Below, piece by piece: positions 1 to 8,035 of a stretch of DNA of 64,000 bases; the stretch's first letter is position 1, and the number at the start of each line of letters is the position of its first letter. The translations under genes and the position numbers were made by a program. The notes below the pieces were generated by a model. The model was not told the DNA's origin. It worked only from the letters and a program-made list of their open reading frames with translations, and searched no databases. The DNA comes from an uncultured Candidatus Binatia bacterium. Lineage in GTDB: Bacteria; Desulfobacterota; Binatia; UBA9968; JAJDTQ01. The stretch lies in contig OZ251459.1 in NCBI GenBank assembly GCA_965242525.1, positions 608,001-672,000 on the forward strand. Reading direction: 5' to 3'.

Positions 1-46
1 GGCCTTCGCGGGAATTGACGAGTGGGGCGTCTGCGGGAATGGCGGG
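1..46. repeat. Partial dRS3-like (REP-B) half-site array, cut by the window edge
   Basis: GGCCTTCGCGGGAAT.. and GGCGTCTGCGGGAATG match the half-site units at 23860-23990. Confidence 0.7.
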
Positions 47-172
47 TGCGGAGCGGTCCCGGCCAACGTGCGCCAGAGCTGGCCGCCGGGCTGGCGCCGA
101 CCGGGAAACCAGGGCTTCCGCGGACCCTCGATCGAGGCTCCCGCGCCCCCCGGTCGCGGCAAGGGCCGGGGG

Positions 173-326
173 CCAAGTCCCGCGCGTGGCAGCGGACGTC
201 CGGCCTACGGGCTGGACAAGCAGAAGGACGAGAACCAGGTCCCGCGCGTGGCGGCGGACGCCCGTCGGTATCGAGGTCCGGCGGCAGGGGGTTGCACTAG
301 GTCCCGCGCATGGTAGCGGAGGCCCC
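173..326. repeat. Degenerate CRISPR-like mini-array: three 30-bp repeats, two 32-bp spacers
   Basis: CCAAGTCCCGCGCGTGGCAGCGGACGTCCG at 173, CCAGGTCCCGCGCGTGGCGGCGGACGCCCG at 235, CTAGGTCCCGCGCATGGTAGCGGAGGCCCC at 297; exact 62-bp period; unrelated spacers; no cas genes in window. Confidence 0.55.
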
Positions 327-651
327 CCGCGACCCCCGGTCCCTGCAACGGCCGGCGACTCGGCCCGTCCGTCCTGGTCCTCGACGATGTTTCCGGGCCG
401 GGGGGCTTGGAAAATTCCGGGCCGGAGGGGTTGCAAAACGGCGGGGTTTCGGGCACGATGCCTCCCCGTGAGCCTGTTTCGTGGAGTCCGAAATTTTTTC
501 GCAAGGGGTGGAGTACCGCGTTGACAACGGACTCCGATTGTGGCAAAGTCCACAGAAATCTGTACTCGACTAGCCTCTGCTTCTCGGATTCGGCGTCCCT
601 TCCCGGAGTCGAGGGAGGCTCTCAGGGACTAAAACCAGGGAGGAACTTCAC

Positions 652-2403
652 ATGAGACGAACCATAGCCCAATCGGCGCTGGTCTTCACAAGTGCCCTGT
701 TGATCATGGCACTGGTTGGCTGCGGCGGGAGCAGCAAGAAGGCTGCGACGGTCACTCCCACGGAACCCACGCCGCCGGTCGAACCCACTCCCGAACCTGT
801 GACCCTGACTCTTCCTGATGGTCATGATTGGGATGGCGGCACGCTCTCCGCTGGTAGCGATAGCCCGTCACTGGCGTATTCCACGGGCAGGACCACCGTC
901 CTTCGGTGCGCGTCCGGTGGCGAGGCCTGCGTCGTCGCCGTGGACGGCAACACCGCCAGCGTGACGGGCGGTACGGCCTCGCTCGCATACCCGACGAACC
1001 AGCTAATCTGGCAGGCCAACAACGGCCCTGGCGATACGTCTTCCGAGGGAGCGCACGCCAGGGGATTCGTGGGGAGGATGGTCGATTCCGCTTCTACCAC
1101 GTCCCTCGCCGCTCCCACAGCCACTACTGGCGCTACCGGCGGTATGAACACGCAGGCCACTGTGGCGCAAACGCCGACGCCAAGCATGACGTGGACCAGT
1201 GGATCGAGTCCGACGTTCGAGTTGACTTTGCCTACCGCAGTGTTCACCGGCCTCACTGGCGTGGAGGGCGACGACGGCAAGCTCGAGGGGAATGATGGCA
1301 GTGCCTCCCCCCCCTCCATAGCGGGCTGGAAGGGCGGCCCACTGACCAAAAGCTTCTTGGGCAAGCACATGCATGCCGTCATGTACACGGACGCGGCGGC
1401 GCCTACGGGCGATATGAGTCCCGAGCGTCCGGCGCTTACGATCGCAAGGGGAATAGACTTGAGTAGCAACACGGACTTGGCGGGAGCGTGGGGTAGTGAC
1501 GCCCCAACCGCCGATGTGGAATTCGAGATTATGTCGTCGATAGGTGAAGGTGTCAAGGTCACGATTCCGCTGGCCACTGTGACTTCACTGAGGGATGGAA
1601 CGCCTCAGAACACGCCAATCACGGGACTAACCCTCGAGTACCAAGAGGGGGGTGAGGATCGAGAGAGGGATGAAGTCACGATGACCTGCGTGTCGGCTGT
1701 CTGCCGGGTTGCTGGAGGACAACTGGTCGGCGAGTGGAATCTTGTGGCTGCCAAGGACGACGCTGTGGAAGGAGACCCGGACCTGAGATACCGGCTCCTC
1801 GGAGCATGGTTGGTGCTGCCCAGCGATGCCGCTGTCGCTGCCACTGACGTTATCGGTTACAACTTGGGGAGCTTCTCTTACGACAACCAGACGAACAGGC
1901 GAAACCAGGGCGCCCTGGAGGCTCAGGCAGGGAGCAGCGGCTCACTGAAATTCACAGGTCCGGCAACCGGCCTCTATATGACGGGCGAGTACAGAGGCTC
2001 CGGAAGCGGCCGTAGGGTGGACAGCGCAGAGGTTGGTTCCTTCACCGCAGCAGCCGAGTTGACCGCGACCACCGACAGCGGTGGTGACCTTGAAGGGATA
2101 ACGGGAACGGTCACGAATTTCAGGGATGCCAACTCCAGGGACCTCGGTTGGAGGATGTCCCTGGAGGACACCGGCCCCGGAGCCGACGACAATGCCGAGT
2201 CCTTTGACGGCACTACCCGCCTTGAAACTTCGAATGCTCAGGCCGTTACGGGCAATTGGGTCACCCAGTTCTACTACCGCGACACAGACGAAGGCGCAAA
2301 CACAAAGTTCGCCGGAGGGACGTTCAATGCGAGTAGTGGCGTTGATGACGACAAGGCCGTGCATGTAGTCGGTGCGTTCGCCGCTACCCTGGACACTGAT
2401 TAG
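652..2403 (+). CDS. Surface lipoprotein with TbpB-like C-terminal beta-barrel (probable Slam cargo)
   Basis: GGAGG RBS; lipobox LVGC; Pro/Thr-rich tether; C-terminus GGTFNA...VVGAFAA typical of TbpB_B_D-like barrels; adjacent to Slam gene. Confidence 0.8.
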   Translation: MRRTIAQSALVFTSALLIMALVGCGGSSKKAATVTPTEPTPPVEPTPEPVTLTLPDGHDWDGGTLSAGSDSPSLAYSTGRTTVLRCASGGEACVVAVDGNTASVTGGTASLAYPTNQLIWQANNGPGDTSSEGAHARGFVGRMVDSASTTSLAAPTATTGATGGMNTQATVAQTPTPSMTWTSGSSPTFELTLPTAVFTGLTGVEGDDGKLEGNDGSASPPSIAGWKGGPLTKSFLGKHMHAVMYTDAAAPTGDMSPERPALTIARGIDLSSNTDLAGAWGSDAPTADVEFEIMSSIGEGVKVTIPLATVTSLRDGTPQNTPITGLTLEYQEGGEDRERDEVTMTCVSAVCRVAGGQLVGEWNLVAAKDDAVEGDPDLRYRLLGAWLVLPSDAAVAATDVIGYNLGSFSYDNQTNRRNQGALEAQAGSSGSLKFTGPATGLYMTGEYRGSGSGRRVDSAEVGSFTAAAELTATTDSGGDLEGITGTVTNFRDANSRDLGWRMSLEDTGPGADDNAESFDGTTRLETSNAQAVTGNWVTQFYYRDTDEGANTKFAGGTFNASSGVDDDKAVHVVGAFAATLDTD

Positions 2404-2408
2404 TTGAC

Positions 2409-2488
2409 CTTCCTTCTCTCGAACCGGCTTCGAGAGGAGGAAGCCAGACGGAGAGGACAACCGGCAAGTCCGGTTGTCCTCTCTTTGT
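2409..2488 (+). terminator. Two tandem hairpins between cargo gene and Slam gene
   Basis: CTTCCTTCTCTCGAA/TTCGAGAGGAGGAAG (2409-2443) and GAGAGGACAACCGG/CCGGTTGTCCTCTC (2451-2483) followed by TTTGT. Confidence 0.65.
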
Positions 2489-2547
2489 ATGAGGTCCCTT
2501 CCATTCCCTCTCCGTCTCCGAAACTGGCAGTCCGGAAGTTCCCGCAC

Positions 2548-3948
2548 ATGAAGACCCTTGCCTCCGTTTGCCGTGCGCTGGCGTTCGCCTTGGTCCTCCT
2601 GTCAACCGCTGCGCCCGCGTCCGCGGACTCCGCGGCCGGCGCGCAGCCGCGGCCTCCGTCGGTGGAGGCTGCCATCGAGCGGGCCAGGGCGCTGATGGCC
2701 GCGGGCGAGCCCGGGAAGGCCCTGGACCTCCTGCGGGAGTTGCCGCGGGAGGGGGTTCGCCGCCTCTCGGTGCTGTTCCAGACCGGCATGGCCGCGGTGT
2801 TGGCGTCCGGGAAGGCGGACCTTTCGGAAGACGAGCGGGACGCGCTGCTCGACGAGGCCATCGCGGCCCTGCACGCCATCCTGGTGGAGCGTCCGGACTT
2901 GGTGCGGGTGCGCCTGGAGTTGGCCCGGGCGTTCTTCCTGAAGGAGGAGGACGGCCTCTCGCGTCGGCATTTCGACCAGGTGCTGGCGGGCAACCCGCCG
3001 GCGGCGGTGGTGACGAACATCCGGCGCTTCCTGTCGATCATGCGCGCCCGCCGGCGCTGGACGGCCTACGCCGGCGCCGCCATCGCGCCCAACAGCAACA
3101 TCAACGGGGCGTCGGACGCCGAGACCGTCCTCATCCCGGTGTTCGGCCAGCTACTGCCGTTCCGTCGGAGCGCGGATTCGCGCTCGCAATCGGGGGTGGG
3201 GTTCTCCCTCTGGGGGGGCGGCGAGTACCAGCATCCGCTGGACGAGCGGGTGCGGATGCGGTTCGGAGCGGACGCGGCCCGGGACGAGTACGGGGGCAGC
3301 AAGTTCGACCGGACCTTCATGGGCGTCCATTTCGGGCCGCGCTGGCTGGCCTCGCCCCGTACCGAGTTCAGCGTGCTGGGGGTGGCGCATCGCCAGTGGA
3401 CCGGGGGCAGTCCCGACAACGACGCCCTGGGCGGCCGGGTCGAGGCATGGCGCGGGTTGACCCGGACCATCGGCGCCAACGCCTCGGTGTCCTGGCGTCG
3501 GCGCGACTACCGGCGGCGGAACTCGTTGGACGGTCCGGTGACCGACTACTCACTGGGCCTGGTGTGGGTAGTGACGCCGACCCTGCGCACCCGCGCCAGC
3601 GTGGGTTACGTGCGCGAACGCCCGAAGTCGCAGTCCGGTCGCAACGCCACCCGCCTGGGTCGGCTGGGCGCGGACCTCGCCTTGCCCCTGGGCTTCACAC
3701 TGGGCGCCAGCGGCGAGATGCGCTGGAGGGATTTCAAGGGGACCGGGCGGGACTACCTGACTCTGGACGGCGCCCGCCGCTCGGACCGGACCCACATCCT
3801 GCGCGTGTCGGTCCTGAACCGCGCCTTCACCGTGTTGGGCTTCAGCCCCCAGATGGTCTTCGTCAACGAGGTCCGCAAGACCAACGCCCAGCTCCCGGGA
3901 GACTCCACCCGCAACCGCGGCGAACTCCGCTTCGTCCGCCAGTTCTGA
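2548..3948 (+). CDS. Surface lipoprotein assembly modifier (Slam, DUF560; type XI secretion outer-membrane translocon)
   Basis: Signal peptide from ATG 2548; TPR segment RPDLVRVRLELARAFF; APNSNINGAS motif at barrel start; amphipathic strands; terminal Phe (RFVRQF). Confidence 0.85.
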   Translation: MKTLASVCRALAFALVLLSTAAPASADSAAGAQPRPPSVEAAIERARALMAAGEPGKALDLLRELPREGVRRLSVLFQTGMAAVLASGKADLSEDERDALLDEAIAALHAILVERPDLVRVRLELARAFFLKEEDGLSRRHFDQVLAGNPPAAVVTNIRRFLSIMRARRRWTAYAGAAIAPNSNINGASDAETVLIPVFGQLLPFRRSADSRSQSGVGFSLWGGGEYQHPLDERVRMRFGADAARDEYGGSKFDRTFMGVHFGPRWLASPRTEFSVLGVAHRQWTGGSPDNDALGGRVEAWRGLTRTIGANASVSWRRRDYRRRNSLDGPVTDYSLGLVWVVTPTLRTRASVGYVRERPKSQSGRNATRLGRLGADLALPLGFTLGASGEMRWRDFKGTGRDYLTLDGARRSDRTHILRVSVLNRAFTVLGFSPQMVFVNEVRKTNAQLPGDSTRNRGELRFVRQF

Positions 3949-4206
3949 GGCAGGCCCGCGCCGGCGGCTCGAGAAGCGCCGGGCTCATGCACCTGTACGC
4001 CATGCGGTCGAGGCGTCCCGCGACATGGACGCCGTGACCTTCCACATGCCCTTGTCGGCCAGGGAGGACTCGTCGGAGGTCTCGTCGAACGGGGAAGCCC
4101 CGGTCCGGGTAGGGTTGACAGCCTGGGTGGGTGGTGTTAATGCTCGGGAGATGAGGAGGGGTCTGGGCGGTAGGTCCGACGGGACCGAATGACGAAGGAG
4201 GAAGCC

Positions 4207-5319
4207 ATGAACGCTCTGGCGGCGATGTTGGCGGTATCGGTAGCGTTGATGCTGGCCGGGTGCGGCGGGGGTAGCTCTCCTTTGGCCGGTATGCCCGGCG
4301 GTGGCCCCGAACTGGTGGCAAGCGGCGAGGGAACCGGACCGGTGGCCAGGGTAGGCGAGGGCGATGGGACTTCCCCGACCGCTCCGGGCGATGGAAGCGA
4401 GGGCGGTGGAACCGGACCGGTGGCGAGGGTAGGCGAGGATGGCGGAAGCGGGGACGACGGGATTTCGTGGGATCGATTTCTGGAGCGGCTCGAATATATG
4501 GGGAGCGGCCGCAACGGATTTAGCCAGCCGAAAACGCTTCCAGGGGTGAACTTCGAGGCGCAGGAAGACTTTCGACCCGATGTCCAGTATTGGTCCCGCA
4601 TTCTGTCACCTTCGAGTCCCTATTGTGAGGGTTTGTACGGCGGCGTGGCGTGCAGGGCAATGAAAAGCCGGATTGCGGCCGCGGAGAGACTGCCTGGAAC
4701 GCGACGGTTTCGAGGAACTCTGGGCGTGTCAGAATTTGTAGTAGATAACGAGCCTTGGCGCGAGACCCATCCGCTCAGAGCTTTGGATTTCTATGGTGGT
4801 TGGTTGGACAATAGCGTATTTATGGTAGGGACTTTAAGAGGTGGTACATCGCAAGAGGATAGGCTCGTTGCTGATTCCATAGGCCGAGAGCATGGTATGA
4901 GCCAATTCGGCTATTCTCCCAGTAATGATTATCTTACACCAAGCGGGATCGAGGACCAGGCAATCAGGGATGAATTTGCTGGAGTATATCGGGGAGAGGC
5001 CGTTGACATGGAAGGCAACTGGGGAACTTCCGAGGTGAACCTTGCATTCAAGCTCAACGTTCCGACGCCGCAATACAGGGACCAGGACTCGGCGACGGCT
5101 ATACAGGTGGACTTGACGATCGACATACCCGCCTATGGGGAACGGTCCTGGCGGGACGATGGCAGCCTTTTCTGGGATTTCAGCTCCGCGGACGGGGACT
5201 CCCGCATGGCGGGTGAATTCTATTATGGGAAGGAAGTGGGAGGGGTGTTCCAGTTTCCGCACCCGGGAACACCCGGGACCCTTGTGATGGGGGCATTCGG
5301 AGCAAAGAAGGTCCCGTGA
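4207..5319 (+). CDS. Second surface lipoprotein with TbpB-like C-terminal barrel
   Basis: AAGGAGG RBS before ATG 4207; lipobox LAGC; Gly-rich tether with duplicated GTGPVARVGE; C-terminus GEFYYGKEVGGVF...MGAFGAKK; more AT-rich codon usage. Confidence 0.75.
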   Translation: MNALAAMLAVSVALMLAGCGGGSSPLAGMPGGGPELVASGEGTGPVARVGEGDGTSPTAPGDGSEGGGTGPVARVGEDGGSGDDGISWDRFLERLEYMGSGRNGFSQPKTLPGVNFEAQEDFRPDVQYWSRILSPSSPYCEGLYGGVACRAMKSRIAAAERLPGTRRFRGTLGVSEFVVDNEPWRETHPLRALDFYGGWLDNSVFMVGTLRGGTSQEDRLVADSIGREHGMSQFGYSPSNDYLTPSGIEDQAIRDEFAGVYRGEAVDMEGNWGTSEVNLAFKLNVPTPQYRDQDSATAIQVDLTIDIPAYGERSWRDDGSLFWDFSSADGDSRMAGEFYYGKEVGGVFQFPHPGTPGTLVMGAFGAKKVP

Positions 5320-5338
5320 AACACTACTGCTGCGACTT

Positions 5339-5371
5339 CGACGGCATGGCGACGCCTCCGCCATGCCGTCG
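5339..5371. terminator. Hairpin between convergent genes
   Basis: 13-bp perfect stem CGACGGCATGGCG/CGCCATGCCGTCG. Confidence 0.6.
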
Positions 5372-5563
5372 TCCCTTCCTTCCCGTGTGAAGGCGTCGCC
5401 TTCATGGCCCCGCTCCCTCCCCGCGCCGTTCCCCCGCTCCACCAAAAGACTTCCTGCGACGCAGGCTCCTGGTACCCTGCAACGGTTTCGCGGGGATGAC
5501 GGGGAGGTGAGGCTTTCGCGGGGATGCGACGCGGAGGGCCGAGCGCGGCCCGTTCCGCCGCGG

Positions 5564-5893
5564 TCATGGGGCGTCTCCCTTCCCGGCTTGGCGGCGGTCT
5601 CGCAGCAGTTCGGCCAGGGCTTCGTTGGAGTAGCGCAGGGATTCGGTGGCGCGGCCCAAGGCTTCGTTGGTGCGGCTCAGGGATTCGTTGGTGTACCCCA
5701 GGGATTCGTTGGTGCGGTCCAGGGATTCGTTGGCGCGGCGCAGGCTTTCGAGCAGCACGCCGTCCCGCTCGGCGCGCGCGTCGTTGGCCCGTATCATCTG
5801 CCGGACGCCGATCCATACGAGCACGACCCCGGTCACCCCTACCAGCATCTGCCCGGCTGCGATGGTCAGGGAAAGGGATTCGAACAGTGTCAT
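5564..5893 (-). CDS. Hypothetical 109-aa single-TM coiled-coil protein with heptad repeats
   Basis: GGAGG RBS; MTLFESLSL, hydrophobic helix, then NE(S/A)L heptads; ATGA overlap with upstream paralog. Confidence 0.7.
   Translation of the reverse strand: MTLFESLSLTIAAGQMLVGVTGVVLVWIGVRQMIRANDARAERDGVLLESLRRANESLDRTNESLGYTNESLSRTNEALGRATESLRYSNEALAELLRDRRQAGKGDAP
5615..5750. repeat. 21-bp tandem repeat, about 6.5 copies, encoding heptads
   Basis: CAGGG(A/C)TTCGTTGG-type units start at 5615, 5636, 5657, 5678, 5699, 5720 and 5741. Confidence 0.9.
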
Positions 5894-6219
5894 GGCGTCC
5901 CTCCTCCCGGCGAAGCCGGGCGCTGTTCCTTCGGCGCGGTCCGTTCGATGACGGTCTCCATGCCCTTGACAAGGCCCCGGAGGGCTTCGTTCTGCTCCCG
6001 GAGGGCTTCGCCCTGCTGGCGCAGTGCTTCCATCGCTTCGTCGTGGCGCTGGTCGGCGCGCTTCTCGCGCTGCTCCGCTTCGTGGCGCTGCTGGTCGAGC
6101 TGCGCGGTGCGGTCGTCGTTGGCCTGGACCATCCGGTGGATTCCGTAGAGGATAGCGCCGATCTGCCCGAGCCCGATCAAGCCCCGAAGCGCCAGGCTGG
6201 CGGACTCGAACTCCGTCAT
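5890..6219 (-). CDS. Hypothetical 109-aa single-TM coiled-coil protein, paralog of 5564-5893
   Basis: AAGGAG RBS; MTEFESASLAL, TM helix, RMVQANDDR, charged coiled coil. Confidence 0.7.
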   Translation of the reverse strand: MTEFESASLALRGLIGLGQIGAILYGIHRMVQANDDRTAQLDQQRHEAEQREKRADQRHDEAMEALRQQGEALREQNEALRGLVKGMETVIERTAPKEQRPASPGGGTP

Positions 6220-6283
6220 GGCCTCTCTCCTTCCTCGACGACGCCGGCTCGCGCACCGGCTTCCGGGGGCACGGGGCCGTCCG

Positions 6284-6715
6284 CTAGAAGGGGATGTCGT
6301 CGTCGATGGGCGGCGGCTGGATCGGGGACGGGGCGTCGCCCATGCCCTGGTCCTGCTGGGGCTGCTCCTGGGAGGCCCGGGCGCCGCCTCCGCCGCCCAG
6401 GAACTGCACCCGCTGGGCCACGACCTCGGTCACGTAGCGGGTGTTCCCGGTCTTGTCCTCGTAGGAGCGGGTGCGGATGTTGCCCTGGACGAACACCTGC
6501 CGTCCCTTGGCCAGGTACTGGCCGCAGCTCTCCGCCTGCTTGCCCCAGACCACCACGTTGTGCCACTCGGTGCGCTCCTGGCGGCCGCCGTCCTGACCTG
6601 TCCATACCTCGGACGTGGCCACCGAGAAGTTCGCCACCGCGCGGCCGCTCTGCGTGAAACGGACCTCCGGGTCCTTGCCAAGGTTGCCTACCAGGATCGC
6701 CATGTTCACCGACAT
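6284..6715 (-). CDS. ssb: Single-stranded DNA-binding protein
   Basis: VNMAILVGNLGKDPE, TEWHNVVVWG, acidic tail DDDIPF. Confidence 0.97.
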   Translation of the reverse strand: MSVNMAILVGNLGKDPEVRFTQSGRAVANFSVATSEVWTGQDGGRQERTEWHNVVVWGKQAESCGQYLAKGRQVFVQGNIRTRSYEDKTGNTRYVTEVVAQRVQFLGGGGGARASQEQPQQDQGMGDAPSPIQPPPIDDDIPF

Positions 6716-6986
6716 ATGTGGACCTCGCTGGATGGATTTCCGGGTGGAACTTATCCCGAACCCGGGTTCCGGTCAACACGGGACCCCTTCCGGGGCCTCG
6801 CGCCGCCCGACCGACTATTTCGACCGTTTCCCTTGACAAGTCCGGGGGACCTCCATAAATGTGTCTGTTCATTACTTCTCATATCGGCGGCTTTCGACGG
6901 AACCATAGCCCCGTTGGGCCTTGGCCCTGTTTTTTTTCGGCCGCTCGCAACGCGGCTCCGTTCCAATGAAACCACGGGAGGACCAA

Positions 6987-7976
6987 ATGCGCAATCTGGC
7001 AACGAGAACCCTGTTGGGCGTCCTGGCCCTGGGTCTGGCCGCGGGGCTGTCCGCGTCCCCGGCCGGCGCCGCCTTTCCGGATCGCAACATCACGCTGATC
7101 GTGCCGTTCTCGCCCGGCGGCGGCTACGACTCCATCGCCCGGGCCATCGGCAGGAGCATGAAGAAATACCTGCCCGAAGGCGTGAGCGTCATCGTCAAGA
7201 ACGTCACCGGCGCCGGCGGCTTGCGGGCGAGCGTGGCGGTTTACCGGGGCAAGCCCGACGGCTACACCATCGCGCACTTCCAGTCGTCGGGGATGCTCGG
7301 CCTGCAGATGCTCAAGGGAGACGCCATCGGGTTCGACACGGCCAAATACACGTGGCTCGCGCGGGTGGGCGCGGACCCCTTCGGCCTGTTCGTGTCGGCC
7401 AAGGGACCCTTCAAGTCCATAAAGGACCTGCAAGCGGCCGAGCGGGTCACGTGGGGGGTGGAGAGCATCGGCGTGGGCCGGTGGTTCGGCTCGTTCCTGG
7501 CGGCCAAGACCTTCGGCATCGACTTCAACGTGGTGGCCGGATACCGGGGCACCGGGGAGTCCCTGCCCGCCCTGTTGCGGCGCGACTTCGACGTCTGGGC
7601 CCAGCCCATCGACCATCCCTCGGTCACTCCCTACCTGGGCACGGACCTGCTGCCGGTGGTGCAACTGGACCGGAAGCGGCCGGTCAACGCCCCCGACGTG
7701 AAGACCTCCTACGAGACAGGCTACGACCTGTACTTCAGCGACCTGCGCGCCATCGGCGGCCCCCCGGGGATACCCGCGGACCGGGCCGGGGTGCTGGAGG
7801 ACCTCCTGCTCAAGGCCATGAACGACCCCGAGTACACGGCGTGGAAGGAGCAGTCGTCCATCGTGCTGGTGGCCGGGCCGGGGTCCGCGGTGGCCGAGGA
7901 CCTGAAATACTACCAGGGGCTGTTCCAGGCGAACCTGGACGACATGAAGAAGGCCATTTCCGGGGGCGGCAACTAG
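6987..7976 (+). CDS. Tripartite tricarboxylate transporter substrate-binding protein (TctC/Bug)
   Basis: Signal peptide; FPDRNITLIVPFSPGGGYD; NVTGAGG; KPDGYT. Confidence 0.92.
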   Translation: MRNLATRTLLGVLALGLAAGLSASPAGAAFPDRNITLIVPFSPGGGYDSIARAIGRSMKKYLPEGVSVIVKNVTGAGGLRASVAVYRGKPDGYTIAHFQSSGMLGLQMLKGDAIGFDTAKYTWLARVGADPFGLFVSAKGPFKSIKDLQAAERVTWGVESIGVGRWFGSFLAAKTFGIDFNVVAGYRGTGESLPALLRRDFDVWAQPIDHPSVTPYLGTDLLPVVQLDRKRPVNAPDVKTSYETGYDLYFSDLRAIGGPPGIPADRAGVLEDLLLKAMNDPEYTAWKEQSSIVLVAGPGSAVAEDLKYYQGLFQANLDDMKKAISGGGN

Positions 7977-8035
7977 CGGCCGGCCCGTCCGGGCGGGCCG
8001 CGCGCAGCGGACCATAGCGTTCGAGGACCGACGCC

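Noticed and set aside
60-620. Short ORFs upstream of the first lipoprotein
   Set aside because: Low-complexity translations with no RBS or motif support
5615-5750. 21-bp repeats as a CRISPR array
   Set aside because: Contiguous in-frame heptad repeats without spacers
5564-6715. Prophage remnant (ssb plus holin-like small proteins)
   Set aside because: No integrase, structural or lysin genes; ssb looks chromosomal
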